Source: Balanoglossus misakiensis
Taxonomy: Eukaryota; Animalia; Hemichordata
DNA: 64,000 bases
Direction of reading: 5' to 3'
Assembly: GCA_040954595.2 (NCBI GenBank)
Contig: CM082594.2
Span: forward strand, 9,614,296 to 9,678,295
Shown: one piece after another, positions 40,583-54,718 of the stretch
How positions within the stretch are numbered: the first letter of the stretch is position 1
Layout of the letters: each line of letters opens with the position of its first letter
The notes under the pieces: generated by a model
Databases searched by the model: none
Told to the model about the DNA's origin: nothing
What the model saw: only the letters and a program-made list of their open reading frames with translations
Made by a program: the position numbers and the translations under genes

Positions 40583-43500
40583 ACACACACATCCCAAGCC
40601 TCGATACAACATTATGATTGCCTTCTGACACGGTGTTCTTCCCAGAACATTTGAACTTGAAGAGTAGTGGCTACTACCTTTAATTTGAGGAAAACAATGA
40701 CAACTCATTAGCATAACAATAATTTGTTTTGTTATGTAAATTATGCCACCAAGTTTTTCTGGGGAGAGCACTGCCTTCAGTTGGCATTTCAAAATGCTTG
40801 AGGGGTTCTCTTGACTTGAGTGTTTGTTTTAGTGATAATGCACCGACTTTCTCCTACTTCTGAATTAAATCTTTCCTGCCGAAAAGTGCGGCAAGTCATG
40901 AAAATAACAATTTCTACATGCAGTAATGGATTGTATCAATTATGATATTAAATCCCTAGTTGAATCAGTGAGTTGAAGGAAATGAGAAACATGACAGGTA
41001 TTAACAAATGAAGTACACATCCCTTCAAAGTTCGATTTGATTTTAACTACAATAAAGGTTGGCATCAATGGTTAATAAATATTGACATAATAGAAAATTG
41101 TAAACAATAATGTTTTGTTTACAATTTGGTTAACACTCAAAGGCCAAGTCATAAATGTGTTAATTGAGCTTTGTGTGATCCAACTGTAAACTCTTTCATG
41201 TTTAGTAAAAAATACCTTGGCATTAGTATTTGAAGCTCTTTGCAAAGAAAAAGTTAACTACAGTTCATGTTTTTACCTGATAATACTTAAAAGCAATTAT
41301 AGGTGGTTAAGTTTGAACACCAGAGGGCACTGATGAATTCATATCACATGTGAGGTTTCATCCACTGCTGTTTAGTGATTTGGTTCCCCAGCAGGGGGAG
41401 GGGCCCCCCTCTAACCTACTGGGTGTCATACCTGTTTAGAGAGTGCCATCTTTCACTCACAGGTACAATATTGACAAAATCTTGCTTTTATTCTGTTGCA
41501 CACGGCAACAACATAATACGTGAGTGCTGGTCGAGTATGATGGCCAATCAAGCTGTCAAAATTGAGCTGTGTCTTCATCTGTTGAACTCTGACACACACT
41601 AACAGACGTAAACCAATTGTGACTATATATGAGCTGAATAATTATTTAGCTACTTTAATAATGTCCTCATTGCATCACCTGGCAAAATGTAACAAGTGTA
41701 CACACAGTTCCATTAAAACAAATTAAAGTCAGTTAACATTTCAGGTTTTCCTAATGACACAAAGATAACCTTGATATTTGAAGGGTTGTTTACACACACT
41801 CATTAGTTCAGAGATTTCCTTTACCATGCACTGTCTGGTATTTTGTTTGTTTATCCAGTTTTTTATTATTTCTGAGGTGGGCCAGCTTTTGATTCAGTTT
41901 TAATAAAATGCAAATCCCCATTTAATTGGGGTTGTCATGCCAGACCGTTGCTATGGCCTGGTTTGAGCTTCTTTGCAAGGCCAGTATGTATTTGTGTGTT
42001 AAGATATGATTGAAATACCACAATAGTAACACTGTTACTGTCTTTTGGAAATTGGTTGTCGTGTGGAGGTGTTCATTTTTGAACCATCGTGGATTGTGAC
42101 ATTAAACAGTTTAATCTCACAAGAAAAAAAACATCATCTGATCACTGCACTTCCTTAGGCACCTGTGTTTCTTTGTTGTTGTTTTTTTACTTCCAGGAAA
42201 TTAATAAAATTCTAATTGGATCTAAAACCTGCTTGTAGCTACAATTTGAATGTTACAAAAGAAGAAAACTTATATAGTATATGCTCTGTTGCCCTAAATT
42301 TGAATGACTTTCTCAGAGCTAAAAATATTTTTGTCCAACAAACAAATTCAGTTACTTGACCTGAATAAAGAAAGGTGACACAGATAATATAATACATATG
42401 ACAGCATCGCCACTAGAAATTTATTCTACCTGTGGTGTACAATTGCAGTAAGGAGAGGTATCAGGTAGGCATAGAAACCTGTTTATATGTTTGTCTTTTT
42501 TTTCATCTAACATTATGAATACCAGTATTAACATCAACACCTGGTAACATATGTTACTGGTGAATTGTCTCTGTATCACAATAATGTGTGAATACAATGT
42601 GACATTTCATCGCTGGTTTTATCCTATCCTGCGTTTTTATAAAACATGACCCCTGGATAGCTGAAATTAGTTCACTGAAAGACTTGATGGTATACTGCCT
42701 AAAATACCTGAATTTTGCTGCTAATACCTGTGACATGTTGTAATTTTTTCTGTAGATCCTATGAAAGAGACTAATGACCTCAAGGAATTGTCTCTTTTCA
42801 GTTATATGTAGTTGCATGTCCTATTTCATGTGCAGAGTTCAACCGCCTCATTGAAATGGGCACCAGGCAATTCCTTCTACCAAAGTTGATAAACCCTTGT
42901 CAATTTCTTTTGCAATCTTCCATGCTTATATGAACACCAAAGATACTCTTTGCTCTGTATTTTAGTTTGCAATGATATGTACACCCGTTGTGATTGCGGG
43001 ATGTTATCGCTCAGCAATTTCCCTTCTGCATGAAGAAGAGAAAATAACACTCAGCAGGCAAGTGAATGTTTCTTGGGTGTTTTTCTTGGAAGATTGGAAA
43101 CATGGCAAGGGAAATGGATAGGGCTTTATCAACTTTCCTATTTGGAATTATGTGGCATAGACCCGCTGTGAAACTACTGGGACTAGACCATTATCTGCCT
43201 AGGAGGGATGTTAGCACTGAACAGTGAGGGGATATGATTTGTAACATTGTGAAATGACATGAAATGTAAAGGGTTGTGTTTGTACCCAGTTCTCTGATGG
43301 CAATATTTGAAGAAAATGTTTTTTTAGTGTGACATATATTTGGAAGAACACCAGGCACTAAACTAGAAATGCCATCATCAGGTCTGGTACATAAACAAGC
43401 CACTCTCAGCCTTTCATTTCAAAAGCCAATGTTTTGATCCCACATGTGGGTCTTTCCTCATGGCACTATCATAAATGAAACAAAATGGGGTAAAAATCAT

Positions 43501-46500
43501 GTGTTTGAATCAACCATGGACAAAATTCAGAAGCTAAAGTCAAAGATGAGCAGATGCTGGGGAAAAAAAGAAGAAAAAATGAACAGAAAATCTCTGAAAA
43601 CTTACTTTTGTGGAACAGGGAACTTGTTTTGTGGTCTTTGTGGGCTCAGAGGTGAAACATGGCATGATGGGAAGGGCTCCCTAGTGAGTTGTAAAGTGGT
43701 AGGGCTAGGGGGTCACCAGTGTTTTTAGTTGATATTTTGTGTGTGGAGGGTGTTCAATTTGGATATAATTTTCAGTTTGACTGATTTTCCTATTTTATCT
43801 TGTTTGGAAAAGATTTAAAAATACCTATGAAAGTGAAATTGCCAATGTTGTGATTGGAGCTGTAGAAATATTGGGCAACTAGTGGGTTTATTTATGTGTA
43901 TCCTGTACAGATGTACAGGATAGTAGCTTTTGTTTTGTTTCTTCAAAATACAGCCAATTGCAATCATCACATTCCAGTGATGTGGTTGATAATGATACTG
44001 TTGGCTTGAATTAACATAAATTTGCATTGGTTGCTTTGTATACAGGGCTCCTATTGTCCTGTGGGTGAGGTGTTAATAGCAGTGTGTAATTTGATGAACA
44101 GTTTTCTGAGATCAGGTGGTTGGTGGTGGGCAGCAATTGGCCACTGTCTGTTTCATGACCCCCTGTGTGACCTCTACATCCTGGCATTTTGTTGATATGA
44201 GTTTGAATTCTGGAACAGCCAACCCTACCAGGGAATGTGTGCTCATCCAGCCCAGAGATAAAAAACAATTTGAATATTGTCTGTTACTAAAGGTTGAATG
44301 TTGTATGTCACATTGAATGATGTATGATGTCATACCAACACAAAACACCAAGATGTAAGGTCACCCAGGGGTCCTGAAATTGCCTATTGGGATACTATTC
44401 TTAATTGAGCTGAACTTTGTATTGGAAGAATACTCAATAAATGTCTAATGTAATTATGGTGATATCAGTATTTTTTTTCACACAGATGTGATACAGCCAA
44501 CTGAAAACAGAAAATAAAATTAATAATTTGACTTTGATGCTGTGGGTCAGTGACTCAAATAACATCATGCTGGTGACCTTTGACCTAGCTCTAGCAAAGC
44601 TGATGGGAGTCACGTAGTTTGACATCATATATCATATCCCGTGAATTTTTTGTTTATTTTTAGAAGCTACAATCTTTGGTCTGGAAAAACGCTTGCTTCA
44701 CTTCAGAATTGGGTTGCATCTAAAAAGAGCAATAGTTCGAACATCGGAATTTTCTGAGAAGTACGAAATAAACATAGATGTTACTTTTCATTGCTGTTGA
44801 CAGTCTCAGATGACAATCTGTTCATTTTCCATAGTACCTATAAAAGTCATATTTTAAAGATAACAATGTGTAAATATTTTAAATATGTGTATTTACTATC
44901 TGTCGACACAAGATACAGTCCCCAAGCATCACCGGGGAGAATAAGTGTAGATAGATAAGCTCGCTTGGCCAATGCAGAATATGAAAATTTGAAAGAAAAA
45001 GTTGTAAGCAACATCCTTCAAGCACACAATTTGTTCTTTCAACACTGTCCCACAATTTATGTATTAATTTCCAGCATTTGCATAAATCTAAAATTGGCGG
45101 TTGGAAGATAAAGTCAAGAAATATTAGAAAATATAAATGGTTTCATTATGCAGATTTATATCAATGGGTCCTGGAATGCACAGCATATGTATGTAGGATT
45201 GACAGACGTAAATTATTTGTTGAAGGTTTGACGGCCTCTTTATCATCATGGCTAGCTTATACTGGTATCAGGATGCGCGCATATATTATCAGTTATTACT
45301 AATCATCCATATGGTTGTCATCTACTTTGTGTAATCAGTCACACATGGTGAATCTCATGTTATATGCCAAGGCTTGGTGACCTTTCGTTTTTACGTTCAC
45401 AATTGGATTCAAAATGAATCCTGATATTCAAGAAGACAACTTCATTATTTCTCAGGGACATTTATGATATTAATGATCTGTTCGGTTTTGATATATTATG
45501 ATGGAAAAAAATTAAATGCATGGTGAATCAGAATGATTTTCTTCATACAGACATGATACATGTACTGCTGGGTGTTCTTGTCATTGGGTTGTAGCTATTT
45601 TACATTTCTTATTTTTTATTTGACATTAAATCCACCCCTTTTCAAAATGTTGAAGTTTTCTGATATAAAATATTGTCAGTCACTATCAATTTATAGATAA
45701 AACCACTTGTCAACCTTATTTTATGTGCTTGGCTCCCAAAAATGGCAGTGTTACTCAGAATCCTGAATTTGTTGAGTTGAGTGGATGGAGGGGGGGGGGG
45801 GAGAGACAAAACCCAGTTCTCAAGGACAGAGATTATTGAAAAAAAGTTCACGATTAATTCGGTCATCACTGACGTGCAAGGTGAAGTACTGGATGTGCTC
45901 AAGTGTATGAACTTCTTCCCGTATCTGTGGGTTGTTTTTAGAGATGATTATTACAGGTATTTGCAATTAGGAATGTCTTGAAGGGGTTCACGTGTTGAAT
46001 TCCGTAAAGTGAGGGAAATTTGACGGGAGACGTGAAGTTTCATAAATGATGTTTTAACATAACAACGTGCGTCATGACTGATTTCTCCGGTGTTGCCATA
46101 AAGAGGTCGTGGTTTACGGGCGATGGATTTCCTCTGACGTAATGGGAGAGTCACGTTTATCCACTTTATGAAAATGAAAGAAAAAATAAGTCTCTACATG
46201 CACTTCATGAAAATGAAAGAAAAATGTCTTTCATCATTTTCTTCTAAATATTAGATAATCTGATTGACTCGTAGAACTATTATACTTCATTGGAAGGCAA
46301 GAGAGCCAACCATGATTCAATTGTGGCCCACCCCAGAGGCAAGGTCATGGTTGAAAGACGGCAATCAATCAAAGACCGATATGGCGACTGGGATATCCAC
46401 TTGACAAAATACAAATTGGATTGTTGGTTTATATTGTTACACTGTTAACATCTGCAAAGCTGTGAGACTTATTCCACTGAGAGCATTCAACATCCACAAA

Positions 46501-49500
46501 TGATAAAAGATAAAAAAGATGTGTCAATGTCATCCTGTATTATAAACTGTTGTCATGGTACCATACTTAACCATTTCACCACCATGGTTCCCGAACCGTA
46601 TCAAAAACATTGTTCAGGTGTAACAGTTTCTCTTAACCCTCACTGTCACTGAATGTCGGTCATTAACTGACCTACATCCAAAGTTCAAGTTTCACCAGAC
46701 ACAACATAGAAATGGACGAACTTAGAAGGTACCTGCTCTTGGATTTCCATGGCAACTATACGGCAGTAACTTGATGCATTTTGTGAAATATTATAGCTGC
46801 CAGCTTGAATGAAAAGAATTATCAATCAGGACATGGAAAAAATGGTGTAAAATATTATCCATGCCGATGGCTGCCATGAAATTTTGATGCAAATGCATCA
46901 AGATTTACAGAAGCAGTATCTAAAGTGGGGATCATTTTATGTGTCCTGTTTGGATCAGCACCAGACAAAGTATCGGTAAATGAATTTTTGTAAGATATTT
47001 GCATTAAGATCATCAATTCTATAAACCATTATTAGTGTTTCTTCTAAACTTATTAAAATTATTTCTCCGTAGAGACAGAACAGGAAATTGCCAAGCAACC
47101 GATGCATGTGGACAGTTCCACTCATACATAACATGGTCTCGCAGAATTAACCAACAGGAAAACAGATCCTTAAAATACCACCCAAGCATATCTCGGATAT
47201 TTCAATTCTAGTGAGGGCAATGTGGCATGATTTCCAAACTTGGATTGTCCCAGAAAAAGTGCCAAGAATGCATCACAAGTGAAAAATAATGCGTACAGCT
47301 TCACTTCTCTGGTCAAAGTTTATCCCTCACTATTAAAATATGTAGACATTAGTCAACTTAATTTCTTCGCTAAAGGGTGGGGGGGGGGGGGGGGGCGTTT
47401 GTATTTCGAGTATGTGTACTAGTAAGTATCATATACATTTGCCTTAAGCAGGTAAAATTTCACAAATTTTCTGCATGTAAACCACTTTTGGGATCGGTTA
47501 CAAAATCAACTTATTCGTTAGATATCATGTACGTGTAATTCTATCATTTTCATATTTAAAACATTCTCCATTTCCTAAATTGCTTCACTTGAAGAAGATT
47601 TAGATTTAGGTTCCTACAAATGTGCATAAATTTATATATTTCCATAGCAACATACGAACTCAGTTTGAGTTTTGGGCCAGCCTTGCCATTTACATTCCAA
47701 TCAATTATTTGGAAGTCTTTGGTGTAAAAGAAAAAACAAGTAATAGCCAAAAGTTCTTTGCGTGATACCTTAGTTGATCAAGGTTTGGCTAAGTAAGATT
47801 GGAGGTCCCAAATCCAGTCTATGGAACAAAACTAAGTAAGGGTCATTTGAGGGTCTGTGTAGGTCATTGTGAGTGAAATGCAATATGATGTCTTGCAGTA
47901 AGGCAACATGTAACTTGAGGCCTTTGGAAATGAAATACCCAAATTGACTTCAATCAGTGAAATTGCCAAATTTTAAATTTGCAAGAGTTGAAATGAACCA
48001 AGAAAACAGGCCTTATGATTTTGAGATAAAACAAGGTCATAATTTTGAGATGTGGTGGACATTTTGAGGTGATCGTCATAAGGGTTATGTGCTGTTATTT
48101 GCTGAAGTTAGTCAAACCTCTGAGTCATGAAACGTTTTTGGACAAAGACTACAAAACATGACTAGTCATGTGTGCCAAGTACCAAAATAGTTGTGTCACA
48201 GAGGTCAGGAACTGTTTTCTGAAACAGTTAAAATATTTTTGTGGTTTTAAAACACGCTTCTGGTACATGTCTGGTGCGGTGAACCAGCTATTTGGCAGAC
48301 TCAAGACCCAAGTGTGGTGTAAAGCGTATAAAACATGTGCCATGGTTTCAGCAGTAAATTTTTGCAGCTGCTGAACTTTGGCCAAAAAATCGTGAGAGGT
48401 GTAGAACACGACTGGTTGTCCAACAGTCAGGTTTTCAGTTACAGCTTTGGTCACCTGAGTTTAGGTTTCCAGTTTACAACGCAATGTTCACCTGTCGCAC
48501 ATGATGTGTCTATATTTCTACAGATGCAGAGTCATCCAGCACTTCTGTTATGTATTCTGGACTATCCAAACATTCAAATAACTCCAAGTTCTTTTTATGC
48601 AGGATATTATCATCAAAACTGGCCTGTGTTGTACAGAAAAGGAAAATGTAGGACATAACATTTTGTGCAAAATCACATGCAGTCAAACTCATGTTGTAAT
48701 TTCATGAAATGAGGTATCGCATTAAAGATATCCATGCATGAGATCGCAAACACAGCTACTGATTTTTGCCAGTGCAGACATAAAGGAATTTCTCTATTTC
48801 TGTCTCGTGGCCAAGATAGTATACTATGTCGGTCGCTTATTTAAGTGTCATCCATTGTGGCAAGTTGTGCATTTCAGTCGCGGTGAAATCTTCCCACTGA
48901 GGAAAAACCGGCACAGCTGCCGGAAAGGGAATGTTGAATGAGCTTTGTAGAAATGTGATCCTTTGACCCAGAAATGTTAACGTTATTTTATTACTTCTTC
49001 TGAGAAATTCATTTGATTCCTAGCAAGATATAGCTTTCTCAATTTCGGGTTTTAATTTGTAGATCTGTGTTGTTAAAAGATTCATGAGTGTAACTCGAAT
49101 TTCTCAGTTTTATAGTATAAGTGTATAAAAAATAAATGCACATAATGTGTACAAAGCAAAAGTAAAATGCTGTATGTTGCATTTTCCCACGGTGGCGGCC
49201 ATATTTCTTTGCAGCTCACGGGGCTCTAACAAACCATTTTGGTGCAACTGAAAGCATATGCTGTCAAGCAACTGTACAGACTCCCTGAGGACGACGATAA
49301 AATCTTGCTTGTACAGTATGCGTGTATGTCGGCCAATATGAAAAAATGCCTGTAGAAAAGCAATATCACTCCCAAGATGGCTTTAACTTTAAAATGAAAT
49401 TGGCTATTTACTTAGAGACAGGACTTGCATTAAACTGACAGCCAATTTATCTGCCAAGTTCATAAAAGCAGTGAAATAAACACTCTCATTTTGCCTCTAG

Positions 49501-52500
49501 CAATGTAATTCAAGTTTATTCTGTAGAGATCCCTTTTTTCTGATCATACCTAATCCCTAGGTACATGTAAATACCATCAAGCAGTATAGTTATGATGGGT
49601 CCCCAGATACCTGTGTAATTATAACAAACTATTAATACCATATAAACAGGGTTGGAACATTTCTAAAGTGAAATTAGGTTAAAATAGAAAAAAAATAGTT
49701 GCCCATTACTTGTAGATCCCAGAGAGAGCAAAACCTTGAACCCTTACAGATCAGCTTGTACTCAGAATTGCATGAGGATCCATGATGATGATGATTGCAT
49801 GGCCAGACCGTCTGCTGTATATGGTTGAACGTGTTCACTAGCATGAAGAATTTGATTTAAACATAAATCTGGCAAAGCAGACAGAACGCGTAGATCGTGA
49901 CGCTGTTGGTGGTTATTTATAGTCTTAACATTGAAATGATGTTGTCGTTTGGGTTGAAGTACTTCTACAAAGATGTAATTCTACTTAAATGGAATACTAA
50001 TCAGATAGATTGATTTTATAGATGCCAAGCTGATCAAGGTGTTTTTCATGAAACAGTTGAAGGGCAAGGCTTTCAGTGGAGAAAAAAGCAAGTTTGTGAA
50101 ACATTTATTTCAGTATTTTTCAAGCGATGAGTGCAGCTTTACCATCCCGAGCCAATGACAGCCAAAACCAAAGATTATTTGGCATCGATTTATATCAGCA
50201 ATAAAAGGAGCATAAATTCTGTGGCATGTTGGGAAATCTGTAAAACACATGGCCTGCCGTTTGTTCTTATAGTGCTCACAGCAAACTCGACAGTAGTTGA
50301 AATTAATGATTTCACTTTGTAAGTAATCTTTAATGCAGGCATTCTTTGATGTATGACTGATACTCGTACCTTTGGGCCAAAACTGCATTCCTTGAATATT
50401 CCGAGTCGGCAAAGCACATGCCTCAGGAGAGAAGACCGCATATTTCAAAATGGATGAGGTTTTCAAATGTAATAGGAATTGTAGTCATTGATATGAGAAT
50501 GGAGTGGTTTACTGCATATTGGAGATGTCATCTTAATGGGATAGCTTCACAATCTTCCGGTTTAATTTGGTCAGATGTGTGTATATATTATATATGCTGC
50601 AAGACTGCATTGAGAGAGAGTATGCGATAAGTTTTAATGCACCATCCATAATTCATGTCTGATAGTACTATGTTGCATGTGGTTGAAACTTTACATATAT
50701 GTACAAGTTTGCATTTAAAAGCCGACGATCATCATATGCGCATATGCGTAATTTCATTTGTACAAACATCAAGTCCAATCCAAATGTTCTGCAAATTTTG
50801 CATCCAACGCATTCATTATTTAAACACTCCCAACATTGTCTAGACTTAGATCACATTTCGACAATATGAGATGATAAGAATAAGGGCGGGCAGATTATGG
50901 TTGCCACGGTAGTGGTGATATTCTATCATGTCAAAGGTCAATGAGGTCGTATCTTGATTGCAACCACCCCTCGAATTTTTCAGGTGCGTACATGTTATCG
51001 GGAGACGCTGACACTGGCCCAATGGCTGCTAACCTCAGAAGATATGTTGATACACTTGTTGATCTGAATAAGCTGGCAGATTTGGAGGCTTGATTGGTTC
51101 TAGAAGCATGAAAAAAGTACAGATTTATTAGAAATATGATCATCTTCATCCTTGTATTTTGATAGCGTAGCTTGTTGCCAGCGAGGGCACCTTTTTGATT
51201 TTCGGATAGAAACGTATACATTTGTACTTCAGTTGGTTGATGCAGTGCAATGAATGTATAAAAACATATCAAGCTGTCACTCTTCAGAATATGTTTTCAT
51301 TATTTTAGGTGCGATAATGTAAACTTCATTTACTTAGAGTTGGCAACCATCCGTAACTTGCAAAGAGGAAATGAAAATTGAAATACTCTTCAAAGGGATC
51401 TGATATAAGCTGTTGATCAAATTCCAACACATTGAAGTGTCAAAGGGGAGCTGGTAGGATATTTTGAAAACTAATTTAATAAAGTTTGAAAACTTAATAT
51501 GGGCAATGGGGACAACGTTCACTGGAGCATTCATGGATTAAATAAGTGTACGTTATTATCTCTTGTCAGTCATTTATTCGAGTGTTAGTTGTTGCTAGGC
51601 TGCTGATCAGTTACTACGACAACAGACCACTTATTAACCACTTGAGTCACCGTGACAACCAATTACTCAACTACAGAGGGATGATTGCCAATGGCTAATC
51701 CGCCTTACCATAACTGCTTTTGACCCACTTCGAGCTGACAAAAGTACTCCCTAATTCTGTTTATATTAAATTATCCCATCTTGACCAAGTCTGGTGTCTG
51801 GGCCTGTCTCTGTTTTGTTAAAACTGACTTGTTATAAAATGTTGGAACATGTGTTTCAGAACACCACACAGAAAGGAATGTGACTTTTCAAACAATCGTA
51901 AATACAAGTAGTGGTATATAATATAAAAGCGAAAATCTGTATCATTTAGAAAAAAAAGACACTGTAAAAAAACCATTATCAGTAAATGACAAAAAGTTAC
52001 AGTATCAATAAGTTTGACTGCTCGTCTAGGTTTTGTTTGATTTGATGGTCTCTCTGTAGATAGAGGAACTTTTGATTCTGTTTGTAAACTGAATGCTACT
52101 TGTCTTGGTTGAAGGGGGGATTACGTTGAATTGAAAGCTACCTGTCTTGGCTGGAGAGCGGGGATTGTGAACAGAATATTTGCAATGTCCTCACGTTTTC
52201 TGGTTACGGCATTCATCAATTGGAGTATGAACTGCCTACTTCTCTTTATAGTTAGAGTGAGTAAATATTGGTGGCATTCTACTGTTTGACAAAAGCCAGT
52301 CCTGGTTGCTTCACTATTGCACAGCCTACAGTGAATGCCTACTGAAATTTTTGTCGCGTCGAACTGTCACCATGGTTACAGCATTCACAAGTTCCAGTCT
52401 GTTCCTACTTAGAATGATAAATTGAGTGTCTCGATACTTATAACTTCAAGTTTACTGTGCTTTGATTTTTTTTGGAGTGTTCGCCGATTTGCTACTGGAC

Positions 52501-54661
52501 GACAGATTGCAAAACGCTGTTGCTAAGGTATGGTGTGTGGTCTCGCCTGTTACTGTCAAAAAGAACCAGTGAAGAACTGTTATCTCTAACGGTTCTGGTT
52601 TTCGCTTCACTTAAAAATCAGAATGGTGTTTTTTGACAAATTGCCAACTTCCACCATGGTCAGTTAAGTCTGTTGTGTATTAGCCTATTTAGATGTTAAC
52701 TATTTAACAACAGTCAGCAGCCACTAGTACACTAGCGGATGTTTTATATAAAATAAGTTTTTTGTGAAAGCTGTGTGCAAAATGGATCTTGAAATGCGAG
52801 GTTTTTCAATTCACAAAATTTTATTTGTCCAACCAGAAAAGTTGTGTGTGTAATTGAGATTATTACAATGTAATTGTACACTGATTGGGTGATTTGAAGA
52901 ATTATTTATCTGTGAGTAACTGAAACTTCATAACCCCGATTGACATTTTTGTTCTATTTTAATATCATGTTTATATTTTTAGGGTCTATTTACACGTGCA
53001 GCAGTGTGTGGTCATCCTACATTGCATGTGGTTATATTACACATATTCAGACGAGTGTCACAAAAACGTGTTATGAGAGATTTCAAATATTGTCATCTGA
53101 ATAACTATAATTATACAACATATGTGTCATAGATTCATTGTTAAAGTATTTGTCATTGAGCCATATAAATTATACAGTACACCCATAATTGACATCAACT
53201 ATTGAGTTGACTTCACTCAAGCCAACTCTAGATGGCGTAGTTTATATATCACACTTTTGCTTTCATCCTTTTTCTGCCTACACGTAACTGTGAATCAGAC
53301 ATTTATAAAGATGCAATGAGATACTACTATTCAGAGATGACTTACGTATACTTACGAACTAACCAAGCCAGTATTTTTCAGAATAAAGACAAAAAGATGT
53401 CATTTGTAAGTTACGACAAGACTTGACTGTCCCGCAATTGACACCACAGAACACGTGCCACAGATAAATTTATGACATAATTTTATTTCAAAACACGTTC
53501 ATAAAAGTGGAGTGGAGATGTCCTCGTCCCCTTGTCAAAAGTGAGAGACCAAGTCGTAAATTTTGGATTTGTTTTACAAATTTATGCTCTTTAAATCAAT
53601 TTCTGGAGTACTGTATACTCCACTTTCCAATCTGCGGGACAAATTTTACGACTGCTTAGATCACAGAGTAGAACCTGGTGTGGTAAATTTAGACGTAGTA
53701 AAGATAGTTATTCATCACTATAGCTTTCGAGACACAGTTTGTTATTGGATTGGAAATAACGTTGACTTTAACGAAATGGGGGCCGTAAATCAGAATGTCT
53801 TCTGCTGTGTATTTCAGGTCAGTCTCCGTGATCTTTTACTGCAATTTTGATGTGTTTTGCCCCAAAACTTGCGTGTTATATCACGCATATTTCATGGAAT
53901 TTTTCACTGATTTCATTCAGTAGAAATGGAAACTCTGTGACCCCATAAAATGTAGACCGTACTTAATCCAGCTTCAACACATTGGGATTTAATACATTCA
54001 TAAGATTTCTGAAATATGTGACACAAGAGAATCCTTGATTAAAACAGTCATGAACTATTCTCATTTCGTTCCATGGAATATCATGAAAGGGCAGTCATAA
54101 ATTTCAGAAATACTTCTAGGACTGACAAATACCTGGTGAAACTTGTTCTTTGCGGTAGCAAAGCTCCAATTTACGTTATGGGGATTTGTGATGTATGTGG
54201 AAACAGACAGCTGAAATGAATTGAAGTCTTGTACTGAAAGGATAGTTGTGTTTTATTTATGATATTGATGTCAAATGGGTTGAAACTACCTAGGTATTGA
54301 TGTCGGTCGGACAAATTGCATGGTGAGTGATTTTGAATGCAGAGTTGGACCACATGAAGTGAGCTCTGATACTTGAATTTATAAACCCACTAGTCTTGCA
54401 TATCGGTCTTTTCAGTGTTGAAAGTAGTGCTTTAGTCTCAGGCTGTGAGTGTTTTGATGCCATCAATGATGATGAGAAGCAGTGGTGATATTACATACTC
54501 CGTTGGATGTCTTCCATTTGAGAAGGGTTTATCCTGTATTTACTATGGAAAATAATTGTCTTTTTTGAAAATTGGAGCATGGTTATAAAAAAGTCCATGT
54601 TGTACGGCTATATTGAGTACTAGCTGTTAACTATTATCGTCGTGGAAAAGTTTGGACATGA

Positions 54662-54718
54662 TTTTCCAATCTTGGATAAGTCAATTGTCTTTTCCAATCT
54701 TGGATAAGTCAACTGTCT
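54662..54718 (+). repeat. Short two-copy tandem duplication
   Basis: TTTTCCAATCTTGGATAAGTCAA(T/C)TGTC twice; similar small duplications at about 14631-14710 and 46162-46224. Confidence 0.8.
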
